DNA from: an uncultured Candidatus Saccharibacteria bacterium
Lineage (GTDB): Bacteria > Patescibacteriota > Doudnabacteria > UBA920
Length of the DNA stretch: 64,000 nucleotides
Direction: 5' to 3'
NCBI GenBank assembly: GCA_964512925.1
Contig: CAZEKH010000001.1
Coordinates: 39,445 to 103,444, forward strand
Numbering within the stretch: position 1 is the first letter of the stretch; every line of letters begins with the position of its first letter. The position numbers and the translations under genes are program-made. Shown piece after piece: positions 58,416-64,000 of the stretch. A model generated the notes under the pieces. The model had not been told where the DNA came from. It did not search any database and worked only from the letters and a program-made list of their open reading frames with translations.

Positions 58416-59144
58416 ATGTCATATTTTTTAACCAAACAACAAATTCAAATAGGTGTTTTAGATACTTTGTCAGGGGATGAAGCGGCGCATATTTTAAAAT
58501 CCAGACGGATGAACAAAGGCGATGTGTTAGAAATTCAGGATACTTTGGGGGGAAGATATAAAGCGGAAATAAAAGAAATAGATAGAAAGAGTTTGAAATT
58601 CATTGCGGTTAAAGAGCTGGTGGTACCTTTGGAGCCTGATGTTAAGGTGTCTTTATTTATTTCTTTTATCAATGAAAAGTCTTTGGATTTTGTTTTGCAA
58701 AAAGCCACGGAACTAGGCGCTTATGAAATTGTTATATTTAACTCCCACAACACAGCCTACAAGTTATCAGTGGATCAGTTTGTCAGTAAATCAGTCAGGT
58801 GGCAGAAAATTTTATGGGAAGCGGCCAAGCAGTCGGGGCGTTCCTTGGTCCCAAAACTAAGTTTTTTAAATGATCTAGATATAGCTATTTCAGAACTGAA
58901 AAAAACAGAGAAAATATTTTTATGCGACTCTGAAGGGGTTGGTTTAAAAAATCTTGGCATTTATGATCAATCTTTTAAATCCTGCGCAATCGTCATTGGT
59001 CCCGAAGGCGGATTTACCGCGGATGAGATTAAGCAAATGAATTCTTTAGCTAATGTTGAGGCCATAAAGCTTTCCAACTTTACTCTCAGGGCAGAAACCG
59101 CAGCCTTAGCCGCCCTGTCAGCGGTTTTAAATTCAGCCCGCTGA
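58416..59144 (+). CDS. rsmE: 16S rRNA m3U1498 methyltransferase
   Basis: QKATELG, EAAKQSGR, IGPEGGF, LRAETAA. Confidence 0.95.
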   Translation: MSYFLTKQQIQIGVLDTLSGDEAAHILKSRRMNKGDVLEIQDTLGGRYKAEIKEIDRKSLKFIAVKELVVPLEPDVKVSLFISFINEKSLDFVLQKATELGAYEIVIFNSHNTAYKLSVDQFVSKSVRWQKILWEAAKQSGRSLVPKLSFLNDLDIAISELKKTEKIFLCDSEGVGLKNLGIYDQSFKSCAIVIGPEGGFTADEIKQMNSLANVEAIKLSNFTLRAETAALAALSAVLNSAR

Positions 59145-59185
59145 ATTTTGTAAAAAAACTTAAAAAATAACCCCGCTAAGTGGGG

Positions 59186-59656
59186 TTATTTAATAGGATT
59201 ATTTTCTTTTGCTTTTTGTATCAGCCAGCTGGAGCTTTGGATTTTGCCGGAGCGGCCGACATTGTAAACCATTTTTATATTTAAGCGTTCACAGGTTTTA
59301 ATATCGTAATATAGAGAAGAGTTAGGGTCGTTAGCATTTGCTTCGTTTCGGTCACCTCCGTTGGCAAAAATATCAGGCTTTATTTTTTCCAACTCTTTAG
59401 AAACACCCATTGCCAGAGCTCCTTCAGGGTTTTCGGGGTGAGAAGTGAGAGTAACCTCATCTACATACCGGATAGCTTCGATGATAGCTTTTCTTTCAGC
59501 TTCTGGCATAAACTCCACGCCTTTTTTTTTTCTTAGCCAGTTGTCGTTGTTAACTATGACTATAAGTTTATCTCCCAGTTCTTTGGCTTCTTTAAACATT
59601 TCCACGTGGCCGATATGGAGCGGGTCAAACCCGCCGGAAACCGCTACTACTTTCAT
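59186..59656 (-). CDS. Cytidylyltransferase-like (HIGH) protein
   Basis: SGGFDPLHIGH, FANGGDR, SSS. Confidence 0.88.
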   Translation of the reverse strand: MKVVAVSGGFDPLHIGHVEMFKEAKELGDKLIVIVNNDNWLRKKKGVEFMPEAERKAIIEAIRYVDEVTLTSHPENPEGALAMGVSKELEKIKPDIFANGGDRNEANANDPNSSLYYDIKTCERLNIKMVYNVGRSGKIQSSSWLIQKAKENNPIK

Positions 59657-59666
59657 AGGTTTATCA

Positions 59667-60206
59667 TTAATTGTGAAATTTCAAGCTATGATTGGTATTT
59701 TTTTCGTATAAATCCAAGATTATTTTTTCTATGGCAGAAGGGTTGGGCACGTTGGTAAACTCAAATTTTTCCACTGCCGCGGCTGTCTGCACATATACAT
59801 CTCCGTAGTTGAAGATCGTGCCGAAAACCCCAGAAATTTCCGAAGTTACATCCTCTATTTTATCTATATGCAGTTCTGAAACCACGTGGTGAAAAAGCCC
59901 GACCTGGTCCACATCTACAATCCTAAGGTCGGTGATGATCTGGATATTTAGATAATAAAACACAAAAATTAAAAATATTGTCAGCATAATCAGCATCATA
60001 AACAGCCTGGTAAATAAAAGTGTGATAACCCCGATTTCTCCATCAAAGAGTCCGGGCGCCCAGGTTTGTCCGTATATCTGAAATAGCACCAGGGTAACGA
60101 TGAAAAAAATAGGAATGAGCATTTTTAAAAACAAGTGAAACCAGTGTTCCCTGACTACTAAATAAACAGTTTCATTGTCCAGCTGGCTGGGAAAAAGTTT
60201 GTGCAT
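59667..60206 (-). CDS. PH (bPH_2) domain membrane protein
   Basis: ITDLRIVD, KIEDVT, TIFNYGDVYVQTA. Confidence 0.8.
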   Translation of the reverse strand: MHKLFPSQLDNETVYLVVREHWFHLFLKMLIPIFFIVTLVLFQIYGQTWAPGLFDGEIGVITLLFTRLFMMLIMLTIFLIFVFYYLNIQIITDLRIVDVDQVGLFHHVVSELHIDKIEDVTSEISGVFGTIFNYGDVYVQTAAAVEKFEFTNVPNPSAIEKIILDLYEKNTNHSLKFHN

Positions 60207-60210
60207 AGTT

Positions 60211-60423
60211 TTAGTTTAAAATCTGAGACAGCAGTGTTTGAGAAGAAGTTAAAAAACTCAAAAAAATCAAAGCATAACAAAGGCTTACTACAAAAGCAAA
60301 AGTTCTGGATTTGCCGTAGCGGAGTAAAATATAGATGCCAAAAACAGAAAAAAAACCGATTAGCCCCAAAGCTATATAGTAGACTGCGGCGATTAAAATT
60401 TTTGGGTTGAAAAAAATATCCAT
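60211..60423 (-). CDS. Small two-TM membrane protein
   Basis: Hydrophobic ORF overlapping the ruvB stop codon. Confidence 0.6.
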   Translation of the reverse strand: MDIFFNPKILIAAVYYIALGLIGFFSVFGIYILLRYGKSRTFAFVVSLCYALIFLSFLTSSQTLLSQILN

Positions 60424-61460
60424 TAGATTAAAGTTTGTTGATTTAAGCTCTCCGGAAGGGGTATTTGCAGGTGCTGAAAAGCCGCTTTGGTTGCCTGTCT
60501 GCCTTTCGGATTTTTGGTTAAAAGTCCCAAGCGCAAAAGAAAAGGTTCGTGGACATCGGTAATGGTATCTTCCTCTTCCCCGGTTGCGGCAGCCAGGGTT
60601 GCAAGGCCGACTGGCAGGCCCTTAAATTTCTGCGTCAGAGCTTCCAGGATGCGGCGGTCGTTTTTATCCAAACCAAGCTGGTCAACTTCCAGCATTAAAA
60701 GAGCTTCTTTTACCGAATTTAGGTTAATCTTATCATACCCGCGGACTTGGGCAAAATCCCTAACGCGTTTTAAAAGACGGTTGCCTATGCGCGGAGTAAG
60801 GCGGCTACGTTGGGCCAGTTCCCAGGCGGCTTCATTTTCCAAAACGCTGTTTAAAATCCGCGAGCTTCTTAAAAGTATTTGCTGCAAATGTTCAGGCTCA
60901 TAATACTCCAGGCGAAAAATCCCGCCAAAGCGGTCGCGTAAGGGGGCCGACAAAAGTCCGATTCTGGTAGTGGCGCCGACAAGGGTAAATTTGGGGAGTT
61001 CCATCCGGATGCTTCTAGCTCCTGGCCCTTTGCCGATGACTATATCTAGCACCCCGTCTTCCATTGCAGGGTATAAGATTTCTTCAACAGCCCGATTCAG
61101 TCTGTGTATTTCGTCAATGAACAAAAAGTCGCCTTTTGATAAATTGGTTAAAAGCGCGGCCAAATCGCCAGCTTTCTCAATAGCCGGACCAGAAGTGATC
61201 TTTATTTGAGCGCCCATTTCTTTGGCAACGATATGGGCAAGCGTGGTTTTTCCCAAACCAGGCGGTCCGTAAAACAATAAGTGTTCCAAGGTTTCTGCGC
61301 GCTGGCGGGCAGCTTGCATTGTGATCAGTAGATTTTTTTTCAAGATTTCCTGGCCGATATATTCGTCCAAAGCTTGGGGGCGCAGAGTGAGCTCTGTAAC
61401 TATCTCTTCAGGGTCTAAAATTTCCTCGGAGGAAATATTTTCGCTGGTTGATTCAATCAT
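60423..61460 (-). CDS. ruvB: Holliday junction branch migration helicase
   Basis: [31 protein letters not shown]. Confidence 0.98.
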   Translation of the reverse strand: MIESTSENISSEEILDPEEIVTELTLRPQALDEYIGQEILKKNLLITMQAARQRAETLEHLLFYGPPGLGKTTLAHIVAKEMGAQIKITSGPAIEKAGDLAALLTNLSKGDFLFIDEIHRLNRAVEEILYPAMEDGVLDIVIGKGPGARSIRMELPKFTLVGATTRIGLLSAPLRDRFGGIFRLEYYEPEHLQQILLRSSRILNSVLENEAAWELAQRSRLTPRIGNRLLKRVRDFAQVRGYDKINLNSVKEALLMLEVDQLGLDKNDRRILEALTQKFKGLPVGLATLAAATGEEEDTITDVHEPFLLRLGLLTKNPKGRQATKAAFQHLQIPLPESLNQQTLI

Positions 61461-61464
61461 ATTG

Positions 61465-62814
61465 TTAGTTAATAACCGGGCTTGTTAGGTTTGTAGTCGG
61501 GCTTGTGCTTGGAATAAATTGTTCAGTTTTGTGAAAAAGCGCCGGGGATTGGTAGGTGGAATTAAAAATATCTTTTTTGGTTTCCCCATTTTTGGTTACT
61601 TCGCGGGTCCAGGTAGCTTTCATTGAACCATCGCTTTTTTTATCATAAATTACCGGCTGATACAAAGTTACTTGCCTGCTGTCTTTGGAGCCGTAAAAGT
61701 CAAACACCAGATGGTCTTTGTCTTTAAAATACGGCCAAACCAGTATGGAGCCCGGCGTGTCGTTGATGAATTTTAAATCAATAACTCCTGGGTAAATAGT
61801 GGCATCTGTTCCTTGGGGGCTGTAGTATTGAACCGCGTAAGAATGATTTCTTCTTTGGGTGATCGGCAGGCCGGCTTTCATCGCGGCTCTAAAAGTTGTG
61901 GACGATACTTGGCATAAGCCGCCTCCAAGTTCGGGCTGTGTTCCGTCTTTTTTGATGACGAGTTCGGGCAGAAAACCTTCCGACGCTTCTACCGGCCCCA
62001 GGTTTTGGTTAAAGCTGAAAATTCCGCCTTCGGGGATAATGACGCCTTTGATTTTGTTGGTACCGATTTCAATATTATGCCTGCGGTTTTTTGGGCTGCC
62101 GGAAAAAGTGGATTCTCCCCTGGCGATCAGTTCGTTAATTCCCAGGTCATTGGTTTCAGATAAATTTTTGGTTGGCTTGCTGGTTATGGCTATCAGGTCA
62201 GCTGTGTTTAGAGACTTGGCCAAAGACTGTAAAATTTCCTTAGTGGTGGCTAAAACATTTAAGATAGAACCGTCAGCCGGCGCTGTAAACTTTTCAGCCC
62301 GACCATTTACAATAACCAATTCAGGCTCAACAGGCTTGCGGTTGAATTCATTTAAGGCAAGGTTTTGGATATATGAATAAACCAGTCGGGGATTGTGTGT
62401 ATATAAAGTTTTTGTTTTAGCCGCTGAAATTGGTTCAAGTCCCGCAGCTTGCTTTAGCGCATCGCGCAAGTCCAGTTTTTGCCTGAAAAAAAGGCTTTGG
62501 TCAAAAACTGTTACCGAATCCTGCCATTCAGCGAGAGTTTGTTCAGGGATTAGGTATTCTTGCTCATTATGCTTTAAAGTCATCCCCTGACTGTCAGCCG
62601 CCTGAGCATAATGTATAGCAAAATAATTCAGCAGAATTATCAAAGATAATCCAAGAAGTATTTTCAAGTATTTATCCGCTGTCTCTCTACTATATTTCGG
62701 GTTTTGTTTTACGGGTAAACCAGTATGAAAAGAGTTATATCCAATCGACCCAATTTCAGGCAGGAAGGCGCGGAATTTATTTTGAGTTGTGTGTTTCATT
62801 CGAAAAAAATCCAC
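61465..62814 (-). CDS. VanW family protein (start uncertain)
   Basis: [32 protein letters not shown]. Confidence 0.9.
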   Translation of the reverse strand: MDFFRMKHTTQNKFRAFLPEIGSIGYNSFHTGLPVKQNPKYSRETADKYLKILLGLSLIILLNYFAIHYAQAADSQGMTLKHNEQEYLIPEQTLAEWQDSVTVFDQSLFFRQKLDLRDALKQAAGLEPISAAKTKTLYTHNPRLVYSYIQNLALNEFNRKPVEPELVIVNGRAEKFTAPADGSILNVLATTKEILQSLAKSLNTADLIAITSKPTKNLSETNDLGINELIARGESTFSGSPKNRRHNIEIGTNKIKGVIIPEGGIFSFNQNLGPVEASEGFLPELVIKKDGTQPELGGGLCQVSSTTFRAAMKAGLPITQRRNHSYAVQYYSPQGTDATIYPGVIDLKFINDTPGSILVWPYFKDKDHLVFDFYGSKDSRQVTLYQPVIYDKKSDGSMKATWTREVTKNGETKKDIFNSTYQSPALFHKTEQFIPSTSPTTNLTSPVIN

Positions 62815-63209
62815 AATGTTTTTTTTGGAAAATATTTTTTTATTTTATCCGCCCATTCTATTACAGTTATATTTTTTGGGTTTTCCCATATCTCCTTAAG
62901 CCCTAAAGCCTGCGCTTGGCGAAAATTTTTTAGCCTGTACAGGTCAAAATGGTATAGGTTTGCATCAGGGCATTTTGGCAAATTGATAGGGATAATATTT
63001 AAAAGGGTGAAAGTGGGGCTTTTAATTTTGAGTTTTGCCCCCAGCTCTTTGGCTAAAAATTTGGTAAAAGTAGTTTTTCCGGCGCCTAAATTGCCCACCA
63101 GAGCCAGAACTTCTCCGCCTTTCAGCTTTTTGGATATTTGCTTGGCTAATAGCTTGGTTTTTGCCAAAGGGAATGGGTGTTTAAGCCGTATCATTTTTAT
63201 ATTGTACAA
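62796..63209 (-). CDS. tsaE: tRNA t6A biosynthesis ATPase
   Basis: GNLGAGKTTF, SPTF, HFDLYRL, IEWAD. Confidence 0.95.
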   Translation of the reverse strand: MYNIKMIRLKHPFPLAKTKLLAKQISKKLKGGEVLALVGNLGAGKTTFTKFLAKELGAKLKIKSPTFTLLNIIPINLPKCPDANLYHFDLYRLKNFRQAQALGLKEIWENPKNITVIEWADKIKKYFPKKTLWIFFE

Positions 63210-63311
63210 TGGATTGACGCTTTGGGCAAAATCTTTTATACTTTACTATTCTGTGCGTTTATCTATGTAAATACAAGGGTAAAGCCCAGACTTCTTAAAG
63301 AGTTAGTTTTT

Positions 63312-64000
63312 ATGGAAATAGGACTCCACCAACAAATTTTCAATCTGATAAAAAAATCCAATCGAACGGTTATTGTTTTGCCAAAAAATCCGACCATTGA
63401 CGGTTTTTCCGCGGCTTTGGCTTTGCGGCTGTTTTTACTTAAGCTGAATAAAGAATCCGAAGTGGTGAGTTTAAGCAAGGCGCCTGAAGCTTTGAGTTTT
63501 TTGCCCGGCATTTCTGAGATCAAACAAGATATCAGTAGTTATGATGGCTTGGTGATCGAGCTTAACACCGCAAGCAGGGGTTTGGATGAGCTGAGTTATC
63601 AGACCGAAGATGGGAAGCTAAAGATATTTATCAAAGCCAAATCTGGTAAATTTTCTTCCAGCGATGTTTCTTTTACCTCTTCAAAACTACCGATTGACTG
63701 TTTGATTTTTTTGGAATGCCAAAGCTTGGAAGATGCTGGCAGTCTTTTGGAGAAACACGCAGAACTTTTTCACCAAACTCCAAAAATCAACATAGACCAT
63801 TCGGCCTCCAACGAACAATTCGGAGCTGTCAATTTAGTTGATCTGTCTGCCACGTCAGTGTCAGAAGTTTTGTCTGGCTTGTTTAAAGAATATGAAGAAC
63901 AAATGGTTGATGAAGATATTGCCACTTGTTTGCTTTCCGGCATTATCCATAAAACCGACAGCTTCCAGCATTCTAAAACCACCCCGAACTCTTTTATCCA
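63312..64000 (+). CDS. DHH family phosphoesterase-like protein, partial
   Basis: MEIGLHQQIFNLIKKSNRTVIVLPKNPTIDG...INIDHS..NEQFGAVN...ATCLLSGI; runs off the window edge. Confidence 0.8.
   Translation, partial: MEIGLHQQIFNLIKKSNRTVIVLPKNPTIDGFSAALALRLFLLKLNKESEVVSLSKAPEALSFLPGISEIKQDISSYDGLVIELNTASRGLDELSYQTEDGKLKIFIKAKSGKFSSSDVSFTSSKLPIDCLIFLECQSLEDAGSLLEKHAELFHQTPKINIDHSASNEQFGAVNLVDLSATSVSEVLSGLFKEYEEQMVDEDIATCLLSGIIHKTDSFQHSKTTPNSFI

Noticed and set aside
61465-62814. Vancomycin resistance cluster (vanW plus ddl/alr)
   Set aside because: VanW-domain proteins are widespread; no vanH/vanX/vanRS, and ddl is ~55 kb away in an ordinary cell-wall operon

Overview
AT-rich bacterial chromosome segment read in genetic code 11, with TGA used as a stop. 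The gene inventory points to a Patescibacteria/CPR (Parcubacteria-like) organism; this is inferred, not proven. The window covers the origin region (jag-yidC-yidD-rnpA-rpmH <-> oriC-dnaA-dnaN-recF-dciA), cell-wall genes (murF, alr, ddl, XRE-murA fusion, PBP1A, vanW), infB-rbfA, rpsA, gyrA, tyrS, ruvB/ruvC, a RelE-type TA pair, a GC-richer pyrF(frameshifted)-pyrE pair and 12 intact tRNA genes, one of them a rare tRNA(UAU). The most unusual feature is a dense layer of very short repeats. (1) A stand-alone GIY-YIG nuclease sits between a pseudo-tRNA-Val and the true tRNA-Val. Other tRNA loci show related scars: a duplicated tRNA-Cys with hairpins inserted twice at TG^CAAA, a tRNA-Ala nested inside a split pseudo-tRNA-Ala, and a near-identical 39-nt CCA-ending trailer behind two different tRNAs. 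(2) A DUF559 nuclease is bracketed by inverted REP-like repeats whose orphan copies are scattered through the window, including in frame in ddl. (3) 7- and 8-nt tandem arrays occur both between genes and in frame in murF, ddl, a hydrolase and rsmE. There is also a promoter- and terminator-bounded ~225-nt multi-hairpin ncRNA candidate. All calls come from reading motifs by eye; no database searches were run.
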